A stretch of DNA of 64,000 nucleotides, from NCBI RefSeq assembly GCF_009914755.1, contig NC_060942.1. One strand, 5' to 3'. Made by a program: the position numbers and the translations under genes. Positions 53,012 through 64,000 of this stretch are shown here, piece after piece; the first letter of the stretch is position 1, and the number at the start of each line of letters is the position of its first letter. Below the pieces are notes generated by a model. That model saw only the letters and a list, made by a program, of their open reading frames with translations, made no database searches and had not been told where the DNA came from. The stretch comes from the human T2T-CHM13v2.0 reference genome, Homo sapiens.

Positions 53012-53300
53012 AGCCACGTGTAGTGGGGCGTGGCTGTAGTTCCAGCTACTCAGGAGGCTGAGGCAGGAGGATTACTTGAACCTGGGAGGCAGATGTTGCA
53101 GTGAGCAGAGATCATGCCACTGCACTCCAGCCTGGGTCACAGAGCAAAACTCTGTCTCAAAAATAAATAAATTAATTAATTAATTAAATAAAAGACTCAT
53201 TTTGGATTTTCCATCTTCAGAACAGTAACAGAATAAATGTGTTGTTGGAAGCCACTACATTTGTGGCAATTTGTTACAGCAGCCACAGAAAACCAATACA
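52478..53300 (+). mobile_element. MLT1D solo LTR with Alu insertion
   Basis: atggcaaaagggactttgcagat...ttgttacagcagcc...taca. 5-bp TSD gcata. Confidence 0.88.
52858..53191 (+). mobile_element. AluJb/S with expanded central A-tract
   Basis: TSD aagactcattttg at 52845-52857 and 53192-53204. A33 at 52977-53009. Confidence 0.93.
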
Positions 53301-53741
53301 GCATATTATTTAAAAATTTGAAGGTAAAAATCAGAAGCAGCAGCTAAAATATTGAATAAGGATGACTCCAGGGTTGGATGGGATTTGCTATGATTTTTAT
53401 TATAAGCTTGGTGATACCATCTGACTTTTAAATATGCACATATATTACATACACTGAGGAAAATGAAAATGTAACTTAAAAAAGTATACCAGACTGAATA
53501 TAGGCAGTTTTCCAAGTAAGTTCTGACAAATACTCAGGGAATATTCTTACACACATGGTTCCAGAGAGTAGAAAAAGAAGGAATCCCCACCATTCAGTCT
53601 ATGAGGCTGGTATAACTGTAACAGCAATCTATCTAGACAAAAACAGTAGAAGAAGAAATGATCGGTCAAACTCACTGATGAACAAATATGCAAAATAGCT
53701 AAATAAAGTATTAGCCAACTGAGTCGAGCAACATGCATAAG

Positions 53742-54278
53742 TGTGTGGACTCATTTTCTATTGATGTCATAACAAATTATCACAACTTAGTGACTTACAA
53801 CAGCCCAAATTTATTATCTCACATTTCTATAGGTCAGAGATCCAGTATGGTCTCTCCTGGTGGAAATCAAGGTGCCCACAGCCATGCATTCCTTTCTGGA
53901 GGATCTACGGCAACATCCATTTCCTGCTTATTCAAGTTGTTGGCAGAGTTCAGTTCCTTGCGGCTGTCAGTTCGAGGGCCGTTCTCTGCTTCTAGAGGCC
54001 ACGGGAATTCCCTGGCTCCTAGCCTTCTGCTTATATCTTTAAAGCCAGCAAAGAGGCCTCCTCCCAAAGCCTCTCTCTAACTCACTCTTCTGGCTTCCTC
54101 TTCCACTTTCAAGGACTCATGGTTATAGGGAACCCACTCCATATTAAGCTCCCTGTATTAAGGTCTGCAACTTTAGTTTCATTCAGAAAGTTCCTTTTGA
54201 CATGTAAGGCAACATATTCACGGGTTCCAGGAACTAGGGTGTAATCCTCTTTGGGGAGCCATTATCCTGCCTACCATG
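53742..54278 (-). mobile_element. MaLR LTR (MLT1)
   Basis: ataacaaattatcacaacttagtgactta...gggagccattatcctgcctacca. Confidence 0.75.
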
Positions 54279-54898
54279 GTGTGTTAATAAATTTACAACA
54301 TGATCAAACAAGGTTAATCTCAGCAGTGCTAACAAGGATATTTTATGATGGTTTAATATTAGAAAATCTACTAATGTAATTCACATTTATAAATAAATGA
54401 AAAAATGACTGTAAGATCATTTTAATAAATTTAGGAAAAGCATTTGATAATATTCAACACCCATTCATGAGAAATATTCTTATTAAATCAGAATTAGAAG
54501 AGCTTCTTTAGCCAAAAACCTAGACCAAACATCATTCTTCATGGTACAGTGTTTAAGCCAACCCTTTAAACCAGAGGATACCCAAAATTAATAGTTCCAA
54601 CCAACATTGTCCTAGCTATTCTAGCCAACAAAAAGACCATGAAAATATTAATAAGTAAAAATCATAAAAGGTAAAAAAACCAAGGTTATCATTATTCCCA
54701 AGTAATATGATTATATTTGTAGAGAATCTCCAAGAGAATTGACAAACTCTTAGAAATAATAAAAGAATTGAGCAATTTTGTTAAACACAAGACCAATATA
54801 AAAAATGTCTACATATTAACAACAAATTATGCATATATATGGTTATATTCTTTATATTTAAAAATTTAAATACACATATAATATTTAAAATGACAACA

Positions 54899-55219
54899 GG
54901 CTAGGTGCAGTGGCTCACACTTGTTATCTTAGTGCTTTGGGAGGCCATGACAGGAGGATTGCTTGAGTCCAAAAGTTTGAGACCAGCCTAGACAAAAATA
55001 GTGAAACTCCATCTCTACAAAAATAAAAAAATTAGCTGGGTGTGGTAGCACACCCCTGTGGTCCTACGGGAGGCTGAGGCAGGAGGACTGCTTGAGCCCA
55101 GGAGGTTGAGACTGTAGTTAGCCACGATTGCACCATTGCACTCCAACCTGGGCGACCGAGGGAGACCCTGTCTCCAAATACCTACCTATATACATGCATA
55201 TATACATACACACCTACAA
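54899..55219 (+). mobile_element. AluJ
   Basis: TSD ttaaaatgacaaca at 54885-54898 and 55220-55233. Confidence 0.92.
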
Positions 55220-56821
55220 TTAAAATGACAACAAAAACCCTAAAGTACCTAGGAACAAATCTAACAAAATATGTCCAAAATCTCCATGGAGAAAAGTATA
55301 AAGCTTAACCAAAGGATTTAATAGAAAACTTAAAGAAACAATGAGATACACCATGCTCAGGGAAGGAAGACTCAACAAATAAGTAAATAATTTTAATATG
55401 ATGGTAATCAAAATTACCACGGGGTTTATTGTGGAACCCAACAAGCCAATCTGAAAATTCCTGTGGAAGAGCAAAGGATCAAGAATAGCTGAAACACTCT
55501 TGAAGAGGACAGAATATTGAGACTTAGTAGAGCCACGGTGGAGAGAGGGGAAATCCTCACCATGCAGCACTGTAATTGCTGTTATCACTGCTGTTCTTGG
55601 AGTATTCTTGATGAAGAGAACTCCTTGCCTGCCACCATTGTTCCCAGCACACAGAGACGGTTAATGTAAGTTTGCTTGATACGTGAATCAACTTTACCCC
55701 TTTTCTTCAGAAGGTAAGAACACTACACCTTCCCCGTTTGGCTCCCGTGGCCCACAGAGACATAGGTCAGCCTGCCCTGTGGTAATCAGTTCTGCACCAT
55801 GTCTCAGGGACCACTTAGGGGACCCCCCTTGTAGCTGCATCTGGGAAATGTGCCTCAGGCTCCAGGGCAAGTCTGATCTTACCCTGCCAAGAGGGCCCAC
55901 CTGAGTCAGCCCCATCCAGCCCTCCATCTTTGCTGGTGTTTTAGAAATCCATTCATGTAGTCATGCATGGATAATACTTATTACTAAAATGAGATAGAGT
56001 TCAGTGAAAATTCTGTTCCTCTTGTTCATTTTCATCAATGTAAGTATGGAGTATCCTTAGTCACATAAATAAGTAGATGGGAATGGGAGGAGATGTGTTA
56101 TAGCTATTCATTCAATTCTTTGAACTCCTTCCAATTTTATGCCAAAAATCACAAAGAAATATATCATCAAATAATTTAAATGTAGAACTTTAAAAAATTT
56201 CCCTTGTCTGTAATATGCCAAGTATTAAAATATTTCTTCTCGATTGAATTAAAAATTATTCATATTATGTATTTTATTAAAATGATATGTCATTTTATGT
56301 ATTATGACTTTTTAAAGCGGTTATTAAACATAGAAAAGTTAAGAAAGGCACTTCCAAAATGTTACTTTCAATAATTAGCTTTCAAAAAATTGATGCAGGC
56401 ATTATGTCACAGGAAAATGGTTAAAGTGTTCACTTCAATTATTATACATATTCTGTATGACAAAGAAGTACATTGGGTGATGAATAAAGCTTAAGCATTT
56501 TATAATAGGATAAAATACTCAGGAAAATAGAATGGAATAGGGGTGCTGGAGACTGATGCTTGGAGCTAGAGACCAGGGTCTGGGAGCTGAGGAGTCTAGG
56601 GATTGGTGGCTGGGGACAGAGGAACCCAAGCTGGGGATTTGGGATCCTGACATATCCCTTCTCTACACCCAGCTTTCTTACCCCCAGCCTCCATTTCTTT
56701 TCAACATACCATTTCTCAAATGATCCTGAAAGAAGACATTGTTCTTTTTTGCCATTTTTCACATTTTTTTCAATGTGTTCATATTCCTCCATTATCCTTT
56801 TCAAATGCTGAGGGCTTTTGA

Positions 56822-57105
<284 letters not shown>

Positions 57106-57200
57106 ATTTAAAACAGCTCCGCCTCTGCTGCCTAGGATATTTACACCTGCCTAGGACCAAAACCCAGAGACACGGGCATTATATTTTAAGAGTCTAGAGT

Positions 57201-57587
<387 letters not shown>

Positions 57588-58883
57588 CTAGGGTTTCCAA
57601 ACAAATCTCTCAGAACCTCAAGGGGAAAGCTGAAGAGTCACCTCTCCTCTCAGAACCAGAATTACTTGCCTCCCTTTGAACAGTCTTAATGAAATGGAAA
57701 TGTTAGGAGGCAGGAAAACAGAAATCAGCTCAAGGTTTCCTCCCATCATTTATTCCCTATGAAAATTCAGAACCAATTAGAGAACATTTTCTAATAATAA
57801 ACTCACTGTCACCAGTGGTGTTAGCAAAACATAATCTGTCATTAAATTATTGTCCTTGAGTTTCGTTGATTTTATGGCTGAAATTTTATTTTGGTTTTCT
57901 ATAGCCATGAGCATGTGTTTTATGTTGGCATTTGCTATAAAAAATAATTTAAATTCACACAGGGAGTCTGAAGGGGGTCTGTACCCTTGCTCAAAGTTGA
58001 AAAACACTGCCTTAATGTATTGTACTGTACAGACTTTGGAGAGCAGCAGTAATGAGAAAAGGAAAGCCAGGCCCCAGCTCAGACATGCTGTGTACTGCTG
58101 CCCCAGAGAGAGGAACTGGGAACCAGCACTGGTGACATTCACTCCAGGGGGCTGTGGGGTAGGTGTGGGAGGGTTGCTCCAGGAATGTACAAGGGGGTAA
58201 CTGCACCATACCGTGCAGCACTCAGGACTCTCATCTGCTAGTGGCAGACATCTCAACTAAGACTGGCTCAGGCCCATAGGGAATATCCCTGCTTTGGGAG
58301 GGCCCCAAGCCAGCTGGAATCTCCAGGATAAGTTCAGGACCCTTCCTTCTTTTGCCCTGATGCCCTCTGCATTTAGTTCCATTTTGGCCAACATCAGGAG
58401 GGATTCCTCCACTGGGGAGTGGGGGCAAAGCTTCAATTTAACATCTTCCCATCTTGGCACCCACAACAGAAGTAACCTTATTTCTTCCATGGTCTGCATA
58501 TTATCTGGCCAAGAGCATGTAGACCAGCTTAAATCCAGGAAATAGCCCAGACCTGAATCCTGTGCCTGTCCCATGGCCAATGAGAAGGGGCTGGTACTAC
58601 AAAAAGGGGATGAAGGGGAAACTATGCTGACCAAGGCAATAGCCCCATCATTCACCACCCTAGTGTGCCTGCTGGACATGTTTCCATAAACCCCAGTCCC
58701 TCAGCAATACCAAATACTGGCAGGCAGAGTGGTACCCTGTGGAAGTATTAAAGAAAAAATTGTTTCTACATTTATTAAAATAAGGAAGAATTTATTCAAG
58801 ACTATTACAATAAGATTATTTCAATAGAGATGAGAGATTGGGCTCAACTTTGAATACAGCAAGGACCAGCAGGTATTGATAGC

Positions 58884-60066
58884 TGTAGGAGACCAGAATA
58901 TGACATCTCCAAATATGACTGCAGAGAACCAGAATATGTCACCCCAAGACAGGCCTTTTTGTCATAAGAATAATTTTAAGAAACTGCAGTCACAGGAGAA
59001 GCACTGAAAACAGAGTGGGAGTTACCCTTTTGTAAGGGAAATTTACATCTGTAAAGGAAATCTCCATTTGTAATGGTGCCCTCCTCTCTGTACCAGGAAA
59101 GAAGGATGACTAAGCCACTAGAGACTCTTACTGATGGAGAAAGCACTGACTTAAATTTGCATAACAAACCTTATCCTTGTTGACCAAGCTTTTTCTAGTC
59201 ACCTTCCCATAATCCACCTCCCCCACACTCTTCTTGCTTTGTTTCAGCAGATAATGGTATTGAAGCCTGAATTTACAGGCAGCTCTCAGAGATTTATTCA
59301 TTTCACTGGGCATGAAGCCAAGGGCAAACCTGACTAGGCTCTTCAGACTTTTACCTGCTTTTCTTGCTTTTAGCTGTTTTTTTGTTTGTTTTGGGTTTGT
59401 TTTGTTTTGTTTAAAGACTCCTTTCAGCCTCACTATAGATAACTTATCTGACTATGGGTCACAAAGGTAATGATTGCCTAAGTTGTTTTTCAGGAACTTA
59501 AAGTCAGCTCTTGTCCAGTTCAAACTGGTTGAAACCACCAACCCTTCAACTGGGCCTGTGTAAATGTCCAGTGGGTGACCTTTTGACATCAGAGACCTGA
59601 GAGCTCCAAACTCAGATCATGCTAACACTACCATTTTTCAAACATGCATCCTATGAAGAGCCATGAAGCTTGACTACGCTTATACAGAACACCGATTATC
59701 TCACTTTTCCTTATCCCCAATCACTTTTCCCCATGCCTCAGACCACTCTGCTCCTCTAACCCATAAATAACCCTAAACCCCATCTTTGGGGAGGCGATTT
59801 GAAATCTATTCTCTTGTCTTCTTGCTTGGCTGCCATGTGAATAAACCCTTTCTCTGCTGCAAAACTCATTGTCTCAGTGACTGGCATATTGCATGGCAGA
59901 CAAAACAGGCCTGGTTCGGTAACAGGTATCTCCTGTGCATACATTAGGTATACATGCTATTAAACCCTGTATGTTTTTCTCTTGTAAATCTGTCATTTGT
60001 TACAGGAAGCCCTAGCTAAGAACTCAGAAAGGGTAGAGAGAAAATTATTTTTCCTCCCCACCAGTA
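58884..60066 (+). mobile_element. MER34-like LTR (middle element)
   Basis: tgtaggagaccagaatatg start. TSD tagc/tagc. Confidence 0.75.
59313..59924 (+). mobile_element. ERV1 LTR, LTR48/LTR29-like (inner element)
   Basis: TG...ggttcggtaaca with AATAAA at ~59840. TSD ggca/ggta. Confidence 0.65.
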
Positions 60067-60567
60067 TAGCCAAGGAGCAAAGCAAGGAGGGTCAGTGGAT
60101 GGAAAATTACTAAGAGGAGACATTAAAGACAGGGAGATTCTTGCTACACTGACTGAATAGGATTCTTGCCAAAGGCAAGCCAAGGACTTAGACATCAAAG
60201 ATGGAGGGTGAGGAACTTGATCAGATATGAAGAGCGGAGGATTCTCTCTAAACTGACTTAGCAGGATTCTTGCTAAGACTGGGCTCTGCAGGCCTGGGAA
60301 GGACAAGACAGGCACAGAAGGCTAAGGCTGAGGCCAAGTCAAGAAGAGAGCTCCAAGGAACCTGACTAAAGTTTGATGAAGGAAAATTTGCCAGAAAAGT
60401 TACCTAACCTGGGGCTTGAAGGCACGAAGATCCAGGATAGAGGGGCTTTGGTCTCTACTGTTGGAGGGCAAAATCAATTGCAAGCATATGTTCCTGAGTG
60501 CTAATGCAGAATGGGGACACCGATAGGGAAGTCATGAAGCTGCTCTTGGGCTACGGGAACAACTTCC

Positions 60568-61293
60568 TGTAATCACCCAATGGGTTCGTCTTGTCCACTT
60601 CTTACCCAGAGCCAATTTATCAAGATGGAAATTGCAGTGAAGAAAGAGTAATTCACACAGAGTGGGCTGTATGAGAGACTGGAGTTTTATTATTACCCAA
60701 ATCAGTCTCCCTAAGCATTCAGGGATCAGAGTTTTTAAGCATAATTTGGTAGGTGGGAGGCCATTGAGTTGGGAGTGCTGATTGGTTGGGTCAGAGATGA
60801 AATCATAGAGAGCAGAAGCTGTCCTCTTGCACCGAGTCAGTTCCTGGGTGGGGGCCACAAGACCAGATGAACCAGTTTATTGGTCTGGATGGTGCCAGCT
60901 GATTCATCCAGTGCAGGGGCTGCAAAATATCTCAAGGACTGATCTTAGGTTTTATAAGAGTGATATTATCCTCAGAAGCAATTTGGGGTGGGTCAGAATA
61001 TTATAGCCTCCAGCTGCATGACTCCTAAATCGTAATTTCTAATCTTGTGGCTAATTTGTTAGTCCTACAAAGGCAGTCTAGTCCCCAGGCAGGAAGGGGT
61101 TTGTTTTGTCAAAGGGCTATTATCATCTTTGTTTCAAAGTTAAACTATAAACTGATTCTCCCAAAGTTAGTTCAGCCTGTGCCCAGGAATGAACAAGGAC
61201 AGCTTAGAGTTTAGAAGCAAGATGGAGTTGATTAGGTCAGATCTTTTTCACTGTAATAATTTTCTCAGTTATAATTTTGCAATGACAGTTTCA
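60568..61293 (-). mobile_element. LTR8-family solo LTR
   Basis: Reverse complement homologue of the 6417 and 61686 copies. Perfect TSD ttcc. Confidence 0.88.
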
Positions 61294-61424
61294 TTCCAAA
61301 AGTGTGAGGTCCCAAAACTAAAGCAAAAGATTACTGTGTGCCCCTTTAAACTCACAGGGGAGCATTGCTTAACATGGCTAGGGGGCAGTTGTTATCTAGA
61401 GAAACCTGGTTTGACATATTATTG

Positions 61425-61581
61425 TGTCAACCTAAATAACAGAGAGAGACTCTCTAAAAGCAAATGATACTTATTCAGGAATATAGCATTGCAATGCAAC
61501 TATATGTGCCATAGTAAACTGTGTATTCAGGTAAGTAAAGGAAGACAAAGGTTTTTAATGGAAAATGAGAAGTGTAACTGG
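61425..61581 (-). mobile_element. 3' end of an ERV1 LTR (MER57/MER65-like)
   Basis: tgtcaacctaaataac, the reverse of the gttatttaggttgaca LTR terminus. Confidence 0.55.
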
Positions 61582-61685
61582 TGTTGACAGAAAGAGTCAA
61601 ACTTTGTAAAATGTTTAAAGAGGTTTATTCTGAGCCAAGTATGAGTGCCTAAGGCCCAAGACACAGTCTCAAGAGGTCCTGAGAT

Positions 61686-62847
61686 TGAAACCACCCTTGC
61701 AAAAACTGTAACTGAGGAAATTATGACAATGAAAGACATCAGACCTAACCAACTCCATCTTGCTTCTAACTTTTAAGCTGTCCTTGTTTATTCCTGGGCA
61801 TAGGCCAAACTAAGCTTGGGAAAGAATTTAGTTTATGGTTTGACTCTGAAAAAAAAAAATTGTTAATAGCCCTTTCCTGAAAAGACCCCCTTCTTACCTG
61901 GGGACCAGTCTGCCTTTGCAGGACCAGCAAATTAGCTACAAGATTAGAAAGTACTGCCAGGCGCAGTGGCTCATGCCTGTAATCCCAGCACTTTGTGAGG
62001 CTGAGGTGGGAGGATCACTTCAGGTCAGGAGTTTGAGGTCAGCCTGGCCAACATGGTGAAACCCTGACTCTACCAAAAAAAAAAAAGTTAGCTGGACATG
62101 GTGGTATGCACCTGTAGTCCCCAGCTATCAGGAGGCTGAGGCAGGAGAATTGCTTGAACCTGGGAGGCAGAGGGTACAGTGAGCCAAGATTGCACCACTG
62201 CATTCCAGCCTGGGTGACAGAGCAAGACTCAGTCTCAAAAAAGAAAAAGAAAGGAAAGAGAGAGAGAGAGAGAAAGGGAGAAAGGGAGACAGAGAGAGAG
62301 AGAGAGAGAAAGAAGGAGGGAGAGAAAGGGAGAGAGAGAGAGAGAAAAAGAGAAAGAGAGAGAGAGAGAAAGAGAAAGAGAACAAAAGAAGGAAGGAAGG
62401 AAGGAAATAAATTACAGTTTAGGGGTTATGCAGCCTCTTGCTGCAAGAGTCTGAAGCTCCCCAAATTGCTCCTGGGGATAACATTACTATTGCAAAACCT
62501 AAGATCAGTGTTTGATCTGCAGACCCTGAATTTGATGGATTAGCTGACACCACCCAGACCAGTAATCTGAATCAGTCAGTTCTGTGATCCCACCCAGGAA
62601 CAGAAGACGGAAAGAAAATGTCACTTAGACCCCCCTATGATTCCATCTCCAACCTACCCAATCAGCACTCCCTACTTCCCAAGCTGCTTCCCACCAAATT
62701 ATCTTTAAAAACTGCAATCCTCAAATGCTTGGGGAGACTGATTTGAGTAGTAATATAACTTTGGTCTCCTGCACAGCCAGCTCTGCATGAATTACTCTTT
62801 CTCCATTGTCCAGGCAGCAGGCAAGGTGAATCCATTGTATGGTTAGA
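61686..62847 (+). mobile_element. LTR8 solo LTR with Alu insertion
   Basis: tgaaaccacccttgcaaaa...ggcaaggtgaatccattgtatggttaga. TSD agat/agaa. Confidence 0.88.
61956..62410 (+). mobile_element. AluSx-like with a ~170-bp polypurine tail
   Basis: Alu dimer followed by (GA)n/(GGAA)n at 62237-62407. Confidence 0.93.
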
Positions 62848-63412
62848 AGAACATGTGCCTAAGGTGGCTGGGTTTTAGTTTGGCTTTATACATTTTAGGA
62901 AGACATAAGACATCAGTCAGTACATGTGAAGTATATATTGATTTTGTGCAGAAAGGTGGGACAACTTGAAGCAGGGGGCTTTCAGGTCATAGGTGGATTC
63001 AAGGATTTTCTCATTAGCAATTGCTTAAGAGAATTAAGTTATTATCTAAAGACTTAGAATCAATGGAAAGGGGTGTCTGGGTTAAGATAAGGAGTTGCAG
63101 AGATCAAGGTTCTTATTATGTAGATAAAGTTTCATGGGTGTCTCATAGATGTCTCTAAGGGAGTGCCTTAGAGATAATAGATGGCACGTTTTTCCTATTC
63201 AGACCTTTAAAAGGTGCTAGATGCTCAGTTAATCTCTTCAGGACTGGGAGAGCCTAGAATAGGAAAGATCTAGTTGTGTTAATATAGATTCTTTACAGAT
63301 GCAAGTTTCCCCCTACAAAAGATAGCTTTTCAGGGCCATTTCAAAATATGACAGATAAACATATTTTGGGATAAAATATTTTTATTTCCTTTTTTATCTC
63401 TCATGTAATTGT

Positions 63413-63837
63413 TGTTAAGAACAAATAGTTCCTCTTCAAAGGGTTTCAGTTCCTGGTTAATTGTTCTATTCTAAAAGGTATTCATACCCATTCATCTATC
63501 AGCCCTCTCTAACTCTGTTGTGCCCAAACACCCCAAGATGTACCGTACCCGTCCTTCCCGTCAAACACCCATCCTTGCCTCCTTTGATGATGTCAACAGT
63601 AGCCAATCGGAATTAGTCTAGATTGTGTGGTCTGATCCCAGCCCACAGGAAGAGGACACAGGAGCAGGGTCTGTGTTAGGGATAAAAAAACTCCTGCTCT
63701 CCTTCGTTTTGCATGCTTTCCCTTGCCTCTGTCTTGCATGAAGACAGCACCCTTCTATAAAAGTAAATTCCCTTACTGAGAAAACTTTTGCCTGAGTGCT
63801 TGTTTTACCTTGTGGCACTAAAAATTTGCTTCTAACA
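63413..63837 (+). mobile_element. 5' LTR of an ERV1 provirus, LTR10/HERVIP10-like
   Basis: tgttaagaac...agttcctcttcaaag...ttctaaca, with CCAAT and gataaaa TATA-like elements, immediately followed by a PBS. Confidence 0.75.
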
Positions 63838-63840
63838 ATT

Positions 63841-63858
63841 TGGGGGCTCATCCGGGAT
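63841..63858 (+). promoter_or_regulatory. Retroviral primer-binding site, tRNA-Pro
   Basis: tgggggctcatccgggat is 17/18 identical to PBS-Pro TGGGGGCTCGTCCGGGAT, 3 nt after the LTR end. Confidence 0.9.
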
Positions 63859-64000
63859 TCCCACTCTCCTCCAGGGAAGGGGTCTCTGATCATCTCCCAG
63901 GGGGAGACCTGTCACACTGCCTCATTGCAGTGGCCTCAGGGGCTAGAGATTGAGACCCCACCTGCTGTGATGAATAAACCCGGACTCTCAGCAACATGGG

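Larger units (their letters stand above)
53400..55520 (+). mobile_element. Old L1M ORF2 remnants, interrupted
   Basis: gaaaagcatttgataatattcaacacccattcatga and aagtacctaggaacaaatctaacaaaa. Confidence 0.75.
58738..60393 (-). mobile_element. MER31-like LTR (outer element of a nest)
   Basis: ggaaaattactaagaggagac...cttagcaggattcttgctaa...ctgactaaagtttg. Confidence 0.75.
61582..63410 (-). mobile_element. MER4-type LTR, interrupted by LTR8 and by the LTR10 provirus
   Basis: gaggtttattctgagccaa...aggtcctgaga, resuming acatgtgcctaaggtgg...agaaaggtgggacaacttgaagc. Confidence 0.8.

Overview
Repeat-dense primate genomic DNA (Alu, L1PA, THE1, MER4-group ERV1 LTRs), intergenic or intronic. I recognise no intact protein-coding gene, RNA gene or CRISPR array. 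Most ORF-track entries are Alu, L1 or LTR read-throughs or chance ORFs. Main elements: a full-length but dead L1PA4/5-like element (22117-28314) with a 15-bp TSD and an extra L1-ORF2-derived segment between two poly(A) tracts (probable 3' transduction); a second, 5'-truncated L1PA (43627-47018) sharing several non-consensus substitutions with the first; a fossil hAT/Charlie transposase (~18.7-21.4 kb); and a multiply nested ERV1 LTR cluster (58.7-64 kb) ending in a provirus 5' LTR with a tRNA-Pro PBS. A few well-formed splice-site pairs suggest an unannotated minus-strand spliced transcript and possibly a plus-strand exon; these are low-confidence. Repeat subfamily names come from remembered consensus sequences, not a database search, and boundaries without TSDs are approximate. 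I found no convincing novel biological system.
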